DNA of 64,000 bases from Leptospira sp. (GTDB taxonomy: Bacteria; Spirochaetota; Leptospiria; Leptospirales; Leptospiraceae), in NCBI GenBank assembly GCA_034439575.1, contig JAWXAQ010000008.1, positions 160,001 to 224,000 on the forward strand, in the 5' to 3' direction. Below the pieces are notes generated by a model that saw nothing but the letters and a program-made list of their open reading frames with translations, did no database searches and was not told the origin of the DNA. This document shows positions 1 through 9,655 of the stretch, one piece after another (within the stretch, counting starts at the first letter, position 1; each line of letters begins with the position of its first letter). A program made the position numbers and the translations under genes.

Positions 1-2268
1 TTCAATCATTTGTTGGATATCGATCACATTGATTCCAAATCTCGCCGCTGCTTCTCTATTAATTTTTATGGTCAATTGTGGGCTTTCGTTTTCTTGTTCG
101 ATCCCATACTCACTGGCACCCTTCATTTCTTTTACAATGTCTAATATTTCTGTGCCAATACCTCGCATAACACGTAGATCGTTGCCAGAAACGAATACGG
201 CCAAGTCAGCAATGGTTCCCATGATGGCTTCCGATAGGTTGTCCATGATGGGTTGAGAAAAACTGATCCTAGCTCCAGGTAAGGTAGCCTCTAAATCATT
301 TTTCATTCGGAGGAGTAATTCTTGTTTGGTAATTTTTTCTTGCCAATCATTATAGTCTTTTAGTCCTATTAGAACTTCTAGTCTGTTTGGTGGAAGTGGG
401 TCAGTACCATCATCATTTCGACCTAACTGAGATAATACGACATTTACCTGCTCGTTTTTGTAAATAATTTGCCTGATTTTTGGCATAAATTTTCTTGCTT
501 CAGGAAGTGAAATTCCTACAGGAAAGAAAATACGGATATTGAATCCACCCTCATCCATTTCAGGTAAAAATTCTGTTCCCAATGCATACATTCCAATGGC
601 TAACAAAGCGAATACGATACTAAATGTGGTTTTGACAATGACTCTAGATCTTTCTACTATGTATTCGATAAGGATTTCATATTTTTTCTCTAACCAATGG
701 TAGAATGGATTATGCCATTCAATGGGTCCCGGATTAGTCGATTCAAAATACTTTCTATAAATTATCGACATCAGCACAGGAATTACAGTCATAGCAAAAA
801 TTAGTGCACCTAATATGGCAAAGGAGATTGTGAATGCCATAGGCTTGAAGAGTCTTCCTTCAATTCGTTCAAAGGAAAAAATGGGAAGATATGCTAAAAT
901 GATAATGAGAATCGAAAATAAAATTTCAGTTCCGACTTCAGCTGATGCATCACGCGTAAAGGAGATGATCCCTTTCTGTTTATCAGCGGGACTTGCATCT
1001 CTGTACCTTCTCATGATGTTTTCAACCATGATCACAGCACCATCTACGATGATCCCAAAGTCGATGGCACCTAATGATAGTAAACTGGCTGGTATGCCCG
1101 TTAGGTTCATTAATAAAAAGGCAAAGAGCATGGCAAATGGAATCGTAGCGACAACTACTAGGGATGCTCGAACACTTCCAATAAAGAAAATCAATACAAG
1201 ACTGACAACGACAACGCCTTCTACTAAGGTCTTACCAATTGTTCTGAGTGTATAATTTACTAAGTCTGTCCTATCGTAAGTATTTCTAATTTGCACATCT
1301 TTAGGAAGGTAGTTTTCATTTATCTCTTGGACTTTATCACGTATCCGCACTCCCATTTCATTTGGATCGCCCCATCGTCGCATGGCAACCAAACCTTGCA
1401 CAGACGAATCTACATCCAATAATCCATCGATATCATTTTGAACCGTATAACCAAGAACTCCACTGGGGATAGGGTGGGACACTTCGACAGTACCTAAGTC
1501 TCGAATGAAAACGGGAACACCATTTACTGTTTTTACAACGATGTCTTCGATATGTTTTGGATCTCGGATAGCACCAAGGGAACGGATTGGAAATCCTTGT
1601 TCCCCTTGTAAAAGTAAGTTACCACCAGTGTTTAAGTTGTTTTCTTGAATGGCTGTGATCACATCGCGAATTGTCAATTTATAACGAATCAATTTATCTG
1701 GTGAAGTCACAACATGGTATTGTTTAGGAAGTCCACCAAAGGTGACTACATCGGCTATGCCTGGAATTTGTAACATCTTTGGCATAACAATCCAGTCTTG
1801 GATCGTACGTAATTCCATAGATGTATGATTAGCTTTTGATTCTAATACATATCTGTAAATTTCACCGACTGGTGAACTCATAGGACCAAGAGAAGGATGT
1901 ACATCTTCTGGCAAGTCCGCATCAGCAACTCTTTCCATTAGACGCATCCGAGCAAAATAGTCATCCGTTCCATCTTGAAATACGAATTGAAATACTACTA
2001 ATCCATTGATAGTTCGTGATCGTCTAACCGCAACATTTGGAATAGCATTTAATACTCGTTCAATTGGTAATGTGACTCTTTCTTCGACTTCAACTGCTGC
2101 TTTACCTGGAAATTTTGCAATAAGACGTACTTGGGTATCTGCAATATCAGAATATGCCTCTTTTCTAATATCAATCCATGCCCATGTTCCGAACAGTATT
2201 GATATTGCTGCAGCACATAATGTATAAATTCGATATTGGAGGGCCTTTTCTATAAAATCTTTGATCAT
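1..2268 (-). CDS. czcA: CusA/CzcA-family heavy-metal RND efflux permease (5' part; gene continues beyond window start)
   Basis: Absent from the ORF track because no stop falls inside the window. Manual translation from ATG 2268 gives [17 protein letters not shown]...[11 protein letters not shown]...[13 protein letters not shown], and it contains the HME-RND signature [18 protein letters not shown] (about 1020-1075) and [11 protein letters not shown]. The start overlaps the upstream stop (ATGA). Confidence 0.93.
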   Translation of the reverse strand, partial: MIKDFIEKALQYRIYTLCAAAISILFGTWAWIDIRKEAYSDIADTQVRLIAKFPGKAAVEVEERVTLPIERVLNAIPNVAVRRSRTINGLVVFQFVFQDGTDDYFARMRLMERVADADLPEDVHPSLGPMSSPVGEIYRYVLESKANHTSMELRTIQDWIVMPKMLQIPGIADVVTFGGLPKQYHVVTSPDKLIRYKLTIRDVITAIQENNLNTGGNLLLQGEQGFPIRSLGAIRDPKHIEDIVVKTVNGVPVFIRDLGTVEVSHPIPSGVLGYTVQNDIDGLLDVDSSVQGLVAMRRWGDPNEMGVRIRDKVQEINENYLPKDVQIRNTYDRTDLVNYTLRTIGKTLVEGVVVVSLVLIFFIGSVRASLVVVATIPFAMLFAFLLMNLTGIPASLLSLGAIDFGIIVDGAVIMVENIMRRYRDASPADKQKGIISFTRDASAEVGTEILFSILIIILAYLPIFSFERIEGRLFKPMAFTISFAILGALIFAMTVIPVLMSIIYRKYFESTNPGPIEWHNPFYHWLEKKYEILIEYIVERSRVIVKTTFSIVFALLAIGMYALGTEFLPEMDEGGFNIRIFFPVGISLPEARKFMPKIRQIIYKNEQVNVVLSQLGRNDDGTDPLPPNRLEVLIGLKDYNDWQEKITKQELLLRMKNDLEATLPGARISFSQPIMDNLSEAIMGTIADLAVFVSGNDLRVMRGIGTEILDIVKEMKGASEYGIEQENESPQLTIKINREAAARFGINVIDIQQMIE

Positions 2269-3005
2269 TGGTTTGACCTCGTATCAAATAAATACCCCAT
2301 TTGGAGTAATAACTGTGGATTGCGGTAATCGCCTTGGCCGATCCCTCCGCCTAACTGAATAAAAAAGTTGCCGAGTAGCAAATCATAAGTCAAGCCTAGA
2401 TATTGTTGCTTTAAGTAAACTTTTTGTGTATCACGACTCTGATATTCAAATAGTAAGGCTGCTGTTGGATCGGTTTCTGCAATATAAGAGCGGATCAACA
2501 AATCTTCGTAAGTTGGATTTCTGTTTTGATATCCTGGAAAATCAAATCCGGTCGGATAAGAATTTTGACCCCCGCGTCCCACTTCCGGTGAGTAAGGATC
2601 CACTTGATAAGCACCTGCGACTAAGGAAACACTATGGGTGATGACAGGTGTTTTCCAAAAAGTATAACCCAAATCAATCTGTCCACCATACCAATGAGGC
2701 CGCCATCTACCGCCTGACGCACGTATAACGAAGTCATTAAAATAATAACCTAAGTTCAAATTGATGCTTGCAGGCGATCCGATTGATGCCCCATACACAA
2801 AGAAATTTGTCGTTTTTGGAAGTTTCTTTGCCTTTAATGATTCTTCATTTATTTTTTCATCATCTGAAACAGCATTTTTTTTATCAGGATTCCATTCTGG
2901 TTGAATATCCTTTCCTTCTTTATCTTTCGGATAAGGAGATTCAGCACCTAAGTATGTGAAGCTGAAAATTAGGGAAATTAAAATTAAAAAACGGAATGTT
3001 TTCAT
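2265..3005 (-). CDS. Exported hypothetical protein inside the RND operon, possibly an outer-membrane beta-barrel
   Basis: ORF 2265..3017, with likely start MKTFRF at 3005. It has an N-terminal signal-like segment, amphipathic Gly/aromatic strands ([31 protein letters not shown]), and is coupled to both neighbours. Confidence 0.7.
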   Translation of the reverse strand: MKTFRFLILISLIFSFTYLGAESPYPKDKEGKDIQPEWNPDKKNAVSDDEKINEESLKAKKLPKTTNFFVYGASIGSPASINLNLGYYFNDFVIRASGGRWRPHWYGGQIDLGYTFWKTPVITHSVSLVAGAYQVDPYSPEVGRGGQNSYPTGFDFPGYQNRNPTYEDLLIRSYIAETDPTAALLFEYQSRDTQKVYLKQQYLGLTYDLLLGNFFIQLGGGIGQGDYRNPQLLLQMGYLFDTRSNQ

Positions 3006-3006
3006 T

Positions 3007-4014
3007 TTAAAAACCAAAACTCAAGCCTTTCATAAGGATGGAGCCCTCAACTACAACTTTTTCTCCGATTCTTAATCCATCAATGATATTGACCTTTTCT
3101 TTCGTAGAAACACCTAACACAACTTCACGGCGATGAAAGTTTAAAGGTGTCTCTTCCACAAAGACATAGTTTTTTCCTTCTACAGTGACTATTGAGGAAT
3201 AAGGTAAAACTACAGAATCATTTTTGGTTTCTTCTGGAAACTTAACGGTACCAAACATCCCAGGTTTTAGTCTATAACCAGTATTTGTGATCGCTATTCT
3301 CATTTTTGCGGTTCTAGTTAATGGGTCAACGTTGTCTCCAACGGCTTCTGCCATCCCGATGAAATCCTCATCAGGAAAGGAAGCAAATACAACTTTTACT
3401 TTTTTTCCTCGTTTAAGGCTTGTCATCTGAGATTCAGGAATATCTGAGATGACCCATGATTTGTTCATTCCACCACCGGCAAGTTCATTTGGATTCAAAC
3501 CTTGTGCACGAAGTTTACCCTCGAATTCTGCAAGTTCTGCAGAATCATTGCCAAGCTCTGTTTCTACCTCTACTAAATCTTTCTCTGTTGCCACACGATG
3601 CTTAAACATATCTTGGATCCGATTCATGTTTTTTCTAGATCGATGTACTTTGTTTTTAGAATGCACATAACCTACATAAAGATCATTTAATTCTGCTGAT
3701 TCAAAAAGTATGATTCTTGTTCCACTACTAACAGAGGGAGACGCTGATGCAATGATTCGTGCAGGGGCTTCTAAACTTACGAATTCTCCACCACCACCGA
3801 TTACTGCTGATTTCACAATTTCTAAACCGGGGCTATTCGGTTTGAATTCGATGCGAAGTCCATTCTCATGTGCTACAGCTTTTTCTGGATGATGCGCTAC
3901 TTTTTTGGGAGATCTAGTGAGAGCGTAAATGGTAATTGATAGTATAATAATTGTTAATGAGGCAATTAATATAATCAATGATCGTTTATTCAGAGATTTA
4001 ATGGGATTTTTCAT
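3007..4014 (-). CDS. czcB: RND efflux periplasmic adaptor (membrane fusion protein), CzcB/CusB-like
   Basis: N-terminal TM anchor; MFP motifs [36 protein letters not shown] and [12 protein letters not shown]; lies between the TolC-like and RND genes. Confidence 0.9.
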   Translation of the reverse strand: MKNPIKSLNKRSLIILIASLTIIILSITIYALTRSPKKVAHHPEKAVAHENGLRIEFKPNSPGLEIVKSAVIGGGGEFVSLEAPARIIASASPSVSSGTRIILFESAELNDLYVGYVHSKNKVHRSRKNMNRIQDMFKHRVATEKDLVEVETELGNDSAELAEFEGKLRAQGLNPNELAGGGMNKSWVISDIPESQMTSLKRGKKVKVVFASFPDEDFIGMAEAVGDNVDPLTRTAKMRIAITNTGYRLKPGMFGTVKFPEETKNDSVVLPYSSIVTVEGKNYVFVEETPLNFHRREVVLGVSTKEKVNIIDGLRIGEKVVVEGSILMKGLSFGF

Positions 4015-5435
4015 TTCAGTTCCTCAGTTTTTGGTTGTGGATTTGTTTTTGAATTCGTTGGTAAAAAGATTCCGTAACCAACAGAGTAATTTACATTTTC
4101 AATAGCTTCCATTCGATCAGTTTGGAGTTTGAGCATTTCTACTACGCTCGTTCTATAAGTTTCAAAAAAGTCAGCAAACTCAAGTATGGTGATGTATTTT
4201 TTTTCGTAACTCATGATCATATCGAGTGATAAATTTGCATAATCTTTAAGATATGTATCTATAAATCTGCGATATAGTGCGTCCTTTACTCTTGCCGATT
4301 GAAACGCGATCGCTACTTCATTTTCTACTTCCAAAATTCGATTCTTTAATTCTTGTTTGCGCACAAGAATGGCTTTTTCGGCGGCTTGGATATTACCTTG
4401 ATTTCTATCAAAGAGAGGTACATTCAATTGAGCCGTGACCCCCCAATAATTTTGAAAGGCCGTTCCACCTCTGTTATACGTAGGTCCAAATGCAATGTCT
4501 GGAATCGCATTTGCATGTTGTAATTCTAAATTAGCTTCTTCATATTTGAGCGTTTGTAATGCTACTTTTAAATCAGGTCTGTAATCTCGTGCCTTTGCAA
4601 CGAGTTCTTCCAACTTTGCTTGATTAGGTTGGATCTGATCAAGTGTTGGTTCTTCCACTGCAGGGAAGAAGGCTACTTTCGGTTCTCTGTAACGATCATC
4701 ATTTAACAGAACCTTCAAATCAGATTCTTTTTCATAAACTTTAATGCTCATATCTTCTCTTTCTTTTTTTAGAAAGAAGAGGAGGGCTCTCAAACGAAGT
4801 AATTCCGCCTGCAAAATCGCCCTTCGTTTATAGGCTAGTTCTGAGGAAGATACTGTTTTTTCTATGGAGGCAATACTTTGGTCATAAAACACGAGAGCTT
4901 TGCGATAAAAATAGATAGTATAATAAGTGCGCCTAAGTTTAGTTAATAAGGCGCGTGCTAAATCAAAAAATTCTTGTTCACTGATTTTAGCATTTAATTC
5001 GGCGACCCGAACTCGTTTATCAATTTTTCCACCTAACAAAAATACTTGTTGGATTTGAACTACAGATTGGCCTGACCTTGTAGTATCAAAATACCTTTGT
5101 GTTGGTTCAGCAAAAATACTTTGATCGATAAAAATGTTTGGATTTGCGTATAGACCCGCTTGCATCACACCTGCTTTTTTAGCATCGATTTGAAACTTAG
5201 CGGCAATCAGAAGCAAATTGTTCTGCCAAAGCAATGTTTCTGCCGTTTCAATATCAATCTTTACATCCTTTCGTATGTCTTCTGGATAAAGTTCAGAACC
5301 AAAGGATGTCGGCGATTCATTTGAAAGCTGTCTGTCCAATGAGTTAACTGCTCTCTCACCTGGAGATTCTGATTGGCTTGTGAGATAAGCCGTCGGAAGC
5401 AGAATCAAGGATATGATCATTCTTTTAAAATTCAT
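4011..5435 (-). CDS. czcC: TolC/CzcC-family outer membrane efflux protein
   Basis: Signal peptide; OEP motifs [22 protein letters not shown] and [13 protein letters not shown]; first gene of the CBA operon. Confidence 0.9.
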   Translation of the reverse strand: MNFKRMIISLILLPTAYLTSQSESPGERAVNSLDRQLSNESPTSFGSELYPEDIRKDVKIDIETAETLLWQNNLLLIAAKFQIDAKKAGVMQAGLYANPNIFIDQSIFAEPTQRYFDTTRSGQSVVQIQQVFLLGGKIDKRVRVAELNAKISEQEFFDLARALLTKLRRTYYTIYFYRKALVFYDQSIASIEKTVSSSELAYKRRAILQAELLRLRALLFFLKKEREDMSIKVYEKESDLKVLLNDDRYREPKVAFFPAVEEPTLDQIQPNQAKLEELVAKARDYRPDLKVALQTLKYEEANLELQHANAIPDIAFGPTYNRGGTAFQNYWGVTAQLNVPLFDRNQGNIQAAEKAILVRKQELKNRILEVENEVAIAFQSARVKDALYRRFIDTYLKDYANLSLDMIMSYEKKYITILEFADFFETYRTSVVEMLKLQTDRMEAIENVNYSVGYGIFLPTNSKTNPQPKTEELK

Positions 5436-5476
5436 CGTAAAGCCTGTGTTAAGTGTAAATATGTGATGTTAGACAT
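5432..5476 (-). CDS. Putative 14-codon leader [17 protein letters not shown] coupled to czcC
   Basis: Minus strand reads AAGGAGG-gtccg-ATG TCT AAC ATC ACA TAT TTA CAC TTA ACA CAG GCT TTA CGA TGA. The SD is perfect with 5-nt spacing, and the TGA overlaps the czcC ATG (ATGA). Confidence 0.55.
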   Translation of the reverse strand: MSNITYLHLTQALR

Positions 5477-5497
5477 CGGACCCTCCTTGTCGCGAAG

Positions 5498-5535
5498 CAA
5501 GATAACAATAAGGTAAGGTCAAGATATGATAAGGT
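5498..5535. promoter_or_regulatory. Direct-repeat array upstream of the efflux operon, candidate response-regulator binding site
   Basis: CAAGATAACAATAAGGT (5498-5514) and CAAGATATGATAAGGT (5520-5535) have a 22-bp period; AAG(A/G)T sub-units sit at 5499, 5510, 5521 and 5531. Confidence 0.45.
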
Positions 5536-5589
5536 TCTATATTCTAGAATTTATTATCAAAACTTTAGTTTTAACTTATTGTTTTGAAG

Positions 5590-5964
5590 CTATGTAAGGT
5601 TAGGTGGGGGTAAATTTAGTAATAGAAAGGAAAGTAAAAAGGTATGAGAACGATCGGATCTTAGCGAAAAGTGTGATGAAATAAATCCAAAATGAAAATG
5701 ATTTTCGCTAAAACCATCATAAACCAAATCCAAATAGTCACAGCGATTGCGCACAAAATTGGCAACCGTCTCTGAATCAAGATACTCAACTGCTTCTACG
5801 ACATCTTTAGTTTTATGATTATTTTTAGTATGGACTTTATTTGCTGTGGTAGAAGGTAAAAAAATCGAATCAAAACCGCCATCTTGTTCAGTCGGCAGTA
5901 GAATGAATGTTGTCAAAATGACAATCAGTAGATTCTGAATGATTTTTCTCAACATTTCCTCCAT
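5590..5964 (-). CDS. Small membrane-anchored protein with C-terminal LNLPPP motif (candidate arrest/leader peptide)
   Basis: N-terminal hydrophobic segment, His/Phe-rich stretch, ends LLLNLPPPNLT; lies directly upstream of the czcCBA operon. Confidence 0.7.
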   Translation of the reverse strand: MEEMLRKIIQNLLIVILTTFILLPTEQDGGFDSIFLPSTTANKVHTKNNHKTKDVVEAVEYLDSETVANFVRNRCDYLDLVYDGFSENHFHFGFISSHFSLRSDRSHTFLLSFLLLNLPPPNLT

Positions 5965-6087
5965 GATCTTTTTGACGTATTAGCAAGCAATAATCTTTCT
6001 AAATAAAGGAAATAAGCTAATTTCATTTAGCGGTATGTACTAAAATCATTGCACATAATGTTTACTTAATTGAGGCAAAAAGGAGAC

Positions 6088-6115
6088 CATCTTTGCATAT
6101 AATAATGCAAAGATG
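6088..6115 (-). terminator. Rho-independent terminator-like hairpin
   Basis: CATCTTTGCAT-N6-ATGCAAAGATG forms an 11-bp perfect stem, followed on the minus strand by GTCTCCTTTTT. Confidence 0.55.
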
Positions 6116-6173
6116 ATCACAAGGATGTTTGGCAAATGAGAAACCGCAGAATGTGAAATAAATATAAAAACAA

Positions 6174-6208
6174 CCTGTGTTCTAAACCATTTCGATTTAG
6201 AACACAGG
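6174..6208 (-). terminator. Rho-independent terminator
   Basis: CCTGTGTTCTAAA-N9-TTTAGAACACAGG forms a 13-bp perfect stem, followed on the minus strand by TTGTTTTT; it begins 18 nt after the stop of the 6227 ORF. Confidence 0.7.
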
Positions 6209-6226
6209 ATAAAAAGGGAGAGAGGT

Positions 6227-6568
6227 TTAAACGGGAGGGGGTAAACTCAAATATGAGTCTTGTAAAATATAAGAAAACGCGGAGTTGTTTTGAAAAATAG
6301 AAGTTAGGTGATGATTTTTGAAATCCAAATACTCGGAAATTTCACGAGCCTTGTTTTTATCATCCGAATCTTTGTCTTTTGATTCTTCTTGCTCAAATGT
6401 GCCATGAATTGTGACCGAAGATTCACTGACTAAGGTTCTTTTTTGTCCGACTCTATTTCCTTGGGAGCCTTTGAGCCGAACGGTCAACTTATCATTGCTG
6501 AGAAATGCGAAAGCAAGGCATAGCGATAGCACTGAAATCCCGAATGCTTTAACTATTTTCTTCCACAT
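6227..6568 (-). CDS. Small membrane-anchored protein with C-terminal LSLPPP motif (candidate arrest/leader peptide)
   Basis: ORF 6227..6607, with likely start MWKKIV at 6568. It has an N-terminal hydrophobic helix, a charged low-complexity linker, and ends YLSLPPPV. Confidence 0.7.
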   Translation of the reverse strand: MWKKIVKAFGISVLSLCLAFAFLSNDKLTVRLKGSQGNRVGQKRTLVSESSVTIHGTFEQEESKDKDSDDKNKAREISEYLDFKNHHLTSIFQNNSAFSYILQDSYLSLPPPV

Positions 6569-6642
6569 GCAGAACATTGTATCATGAATCGGATTAAAAT
6601 CTAGCATCTTCTATACAAAATGCTGAAAAATAAGTAAAATTT

Positions 6643-8214
6643 TTATAAAATCTTGCCCAACCACTCAATTCGGAATAAATCTAAGCGGCGATCTAGCATA
6701 TTTCGCACTGATCCTTGCTTTCGGACTTCTTTGAGTAAATCTAAATCCAAGTCGGCAATGAGCGTCATTTCTGTGTTGGGAGTGGCTTCTGCGGCGATAG
6801 CATCGGGCGGAAAGGAAAAATCTGAGGGGGTAAAGACGGCGGATTGAGAATATTGGATGTCCATATTTTCGATGTTCGGGAGGTTTCCGACGGAACCTGT
6901 CATCACAACATAAATTTGGTTTTCGATAGCGCGGGCTTCGGCACATTTACGAACTCTGAGGTATCCGTTTTTCGTATCTGTGTAATAAGGAACAAATAAG
7001 ATATCGATCCCCCTTTCGCGGAGGATACGCGCAAGTTCTGGAAATTCCACATCATAACAAATGAGAATCCCGATTCTACCTGCATCCGTTTCAAAAACGC
7101 GCAAAGTATCACCACCGATGACTCCCCAATACGAACGTTCGTCAGGTGTAGCATGAAGTTTGTATTGCACGTCATGGGTTCCGTCTCTGCGACAAAGAAA
7201 GGATACATTTCTCAATTCTTGGTCTTCATATTCAAACATAGACCCAGTGATGATATTTATATTATAAGAGACTGCGAGTTTGACCATTTCGTCTCGCATT
7301 TTTTCTGTATAGTCAGCTAATGCGCGTACGGCGTTTGATGCATTCATTTTATTGAATTGTGTGAGCAGTGGTGCATAAAAGAATTCAGGGAACAAAACAA
7401 AATCTGCATTGTAACTAGCGACAGTATCAACAAAAAATTCTACTTGGTCCCTGAGTTCTTCGAAAGATTTTACGGAACGCATCTGCCATTGAACAGCGCC
7501 CACACGTACAACGGTTTTTTTGCCTCCAATCAGTCGTTCTTTTTCTTGGTGATAGATATTGAGCCATTCAAGTAGGCAGGCATATGAACTATAACCTTTG
7601 TTTGCTGGGAAGTAATTTGTGACGATTCTTCGTACATGAAAGTCATTTGCTAATTGAAAGGATAAAACTGGATCAAAAAGTTCTTTTTGTTTGACTAGGT
7701 TTACATATTCTTGAGGACTCATTTCCCCTTCATGATTTTTGTAACCTGGTAACCACCCACCAACAATGATTCGGCGAAGATTGAGTTTTTCACAAACTTC
7801 TTTACGAGCATCATAGAGTCTACGTCCAAGACGTAATCCTTGGTACTTTGGATTTACAAAAACATCGACGCCATATAAAGTATCACCATCGGGATTGTGA
7901 TTCGGGAGACCGCCTCCACCTGTGATCGTGTCATATTTATGATTATCTCCATGTTCGCTGTATTTTACGATCATAGAAATAGCACCCGCGATAACTTTGC
8001 CTTTGTCTTCTATGGCAATTTGACCTTCAGGAAATATTGAAATTTGTCTTTCAAATTCTTCTTTGGTCCAAGCTCCATCAAATTGATTAGAAAAAACAGT
8101 ATCCATAATACTGCGGACATTTTCGTAATCTCCAGGGCGAAGGTATCTAAGCTCTAATTTGTGTTTTTCGGATTTTGTCGCTTTTTTATTTTTTGACTTT
8201 TTTTTTGCGACCAT
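6643..8214 (-). CDS. Bifunctional GNAT acetyltransferase / carbon-nitrogen hydrolase (nitrilase family)
   Basis: N-terminal GNAT motif VFVNPKYQGLRLGRRLY; C-terminal nitrilase triad FPEF, QYKLH, LICYDVEFPE; ARAIENQ. Confidence 0.9.
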   Translation of the reverse strand: MVAKKKSKNKKATKSEKHKLELRYLRPGDYENVRSIMDTVFSNQFDGAWTKEEFERQISIFPEGQIAIEDKGKVIAGAISMIVKYSEHGDNHKYDTITGGGGLPNHNPDGDTLYGVDVFVNPKYQGLRLGRRLYDARKEVCEKLNLRRIIVGGWLPGYKNHEGEMSPQEYVNLVKQKELFDPVLSFQLANDFHVRRIVTNYFPANKGYSSYACLLEWLNIYHQEKERLIGGKKTVVRVGAVQWQMRSVKSFEELRDQVEFFVDTVASYNADFVLFPEFFYAPLLTQFNKMNASNAVRALADYTEKMRDEMVKLAVSYNINIITGSMFEYEDQELRNVSFLCRRDGTHDVQYKLHATPDERSYWGVIGGDTLRVFETDAGRIGILICYDVEFPELARILRERGIDILFVPYYTDTKNGYLRVRKCAEARAIENQIYVVMTGSVGNLPNIENMDIQYSQSAVFTPSDFSFPPDAIAAEATPNTEMTLIADLDLDLLKEVRKQGSVRNMLDRRLDLFRIEWLGKIL

Positions 8215-8228
8215 TGTTTATCACCTAA

Positions 8229-9641
8229 CTATAACACTTTTCCAGGATTCATAATTCCTTTTGGATCAAAAACATTTTTGATCGCTTTCATAGCTTCTAT
8301 TTCTTCGGGCGATCTAGAAAAACCCAAATAATCTTTCTTAAGAAGTCCAATGCCATGTTCAGCCGAAATAGAACCTTTGTGTTTTTGTATCAGGGCAAAC
8401 ATCTCAGGATCAACTTCTTTGCATCTTTTAAAAAAATCAATATCAGTTAATTCTTTTGGTTTAACAATGTTCAAGTGCAAATTGCCATCGCCAATGTGTC
8501 CGAACAATGCTATTTCAAATCCAGAATACTTTGAAGAAAGTAGTGTTTCCATGTCACTGAGAAAGGCTTCCATATTCCGAAGGGGCAGAGAGATGTCATT
8601 TTTATGAACTGTATAGGCTAAGGATAATGATTCGGAAATGCCTTCTCTGTATTTCCAAAACGTTTGGTTCTGGCGCGAATTTTGGGCAATGGAGCCATCT
8701 GTAATTAATTCTTTTTCGGTGATGGATTCGAGAATTGTAAATAATTTTTCTTCATCAGTCTCTTCATTGATTTCATATTCCATTAGCACATAATATTTGC
8801 TAGGTTCTGGGAAGGGATCTGCAACACCAAGATGTTCTTTTACTTTTTCCAAACAATAATCAGTGAGGAATTCAAAGGCAAGGAGTGGCAAAGTGAAGTT
8901 ATGTGTTTCTTTAAATATCTCTAAGATGTTTTTGTATTCGGGCACAGCAAGAAAAACTACACGGATATCTTTTGGCGGTTTTGTGAGTTTGACGACTGTT
9001 TCGGTAATGATACCTAATGTACCTTCGGAACCAATAAACAGATGTTTGAGATCATAACCAGTATTGTTCTTTAGAATTTCCCCATTGAACTTCATGACCT
9101 CACCTTTTCCGGTAACAACAGTTAACCCTAATATCCAATCTCGAATGAGTCCATAACGCACAACTCTCACCCCACCAGCATTTGTGGCAATATTTCCCCC
9201 GATATGGCTAGAACCTGTGGCCGCAAAATCTACTGGAAAATAAAAACCTCTTTCTTCTGATTGCGTGTGTAATTCTTTTGTGATCATGCCAGCTTGCACA
9301 TGTAATGTGCCAAGAAAAGGATCAAAATCTATTACTTTGTTCATTTTGCTGAGTGAAATTACGATTTCCTCATTTTTCGCAACAGCCCCTCCCGCATAAC
9401 CTGTCCTGCCACCTGAAGGAACGATAGAAATATTGTTTTGATAGGCGTACTTTACAATTTTTGCGACTTCCTCAGTCGTTTCCGGAAATAGTAGTACATT
9501 GTAATTTGGTGAGTATACTTTTGTGCGATCAATGCCGTATGTGTTGAAAGTATTTGTATCAAATTTGCCATCGTTTTTGGAAAATACTTTTTCTGTTCCA
9601 ATTAGTGCTGAAAGATCCGAAATCATTTGAGAAGTAGTCAT
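8229..9641 (-). CDS. FAD-linked oxidoreductase (GlcD / D-2-hydroxyacid dehydrogenase family)
   Basis: PSGGRTGYAGG, IGGNIATNAGG, KNNTGYDL, GSEGTLGII, FGHIGDGNLH, ISAEHGIG, MNPGKVL. Confidence 0.9.
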   Translation of the reverse strand: MTTSQMISDLSALIGTEKVFSKNDGKFDTNTFNTYGIDRTKVYSPNYNVLLFPETTEEVAKIVKYAYQNNISIVPSGGRTGYAGGAVAKNEEIVISLSKMNKVIDFDPFLGTLHVQAGMITKELHTQSEERGFYFPVDFAATGSSHIGGNIATNAGGVRVVRYGLIRDWILGLTVVTGKGEVMKFNGEILKNNTGYDLKHLFIGSEGTLGIITETVVKLTKPPKDIRVVFLAVPEYKNILEIFKETHNFTLPLLAFEFLTDYCLEKVKEHLGVADPFPEPSKYYVLMEYEINEETDEEKLFTILESITEKELITDGSIAQNSRQNQTFWKYREGISESLSLAYTVHKNDISLPLRNMEAFLSDMETLLSSKYSGFEIALFGHIGDGNLHLNIVKPKELTDIDFFKRCKEVDPEMFALIQKHKGSISAEHGIGLLKKDYLGFSRSPEEIEAMKAIKNVFDPKGIMNPGKVL

Positions 9642-9655
9642 AAAATTTCCTTAAT

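Noticed and set aside
29-2227. Plus-strand ORFs 29..256, 815..1255 and 2006..2227
   Set aside because: They are antisense shadows of the czcA reading frame, which is open on the minus strand with clear RND motifs.
6048-6075. Further dif-like half site (TTATGTGCAAT on the minus strand)
   Set aside because: Only one arm is similar; the other arm and spacer do not fit, so it is probably chance.
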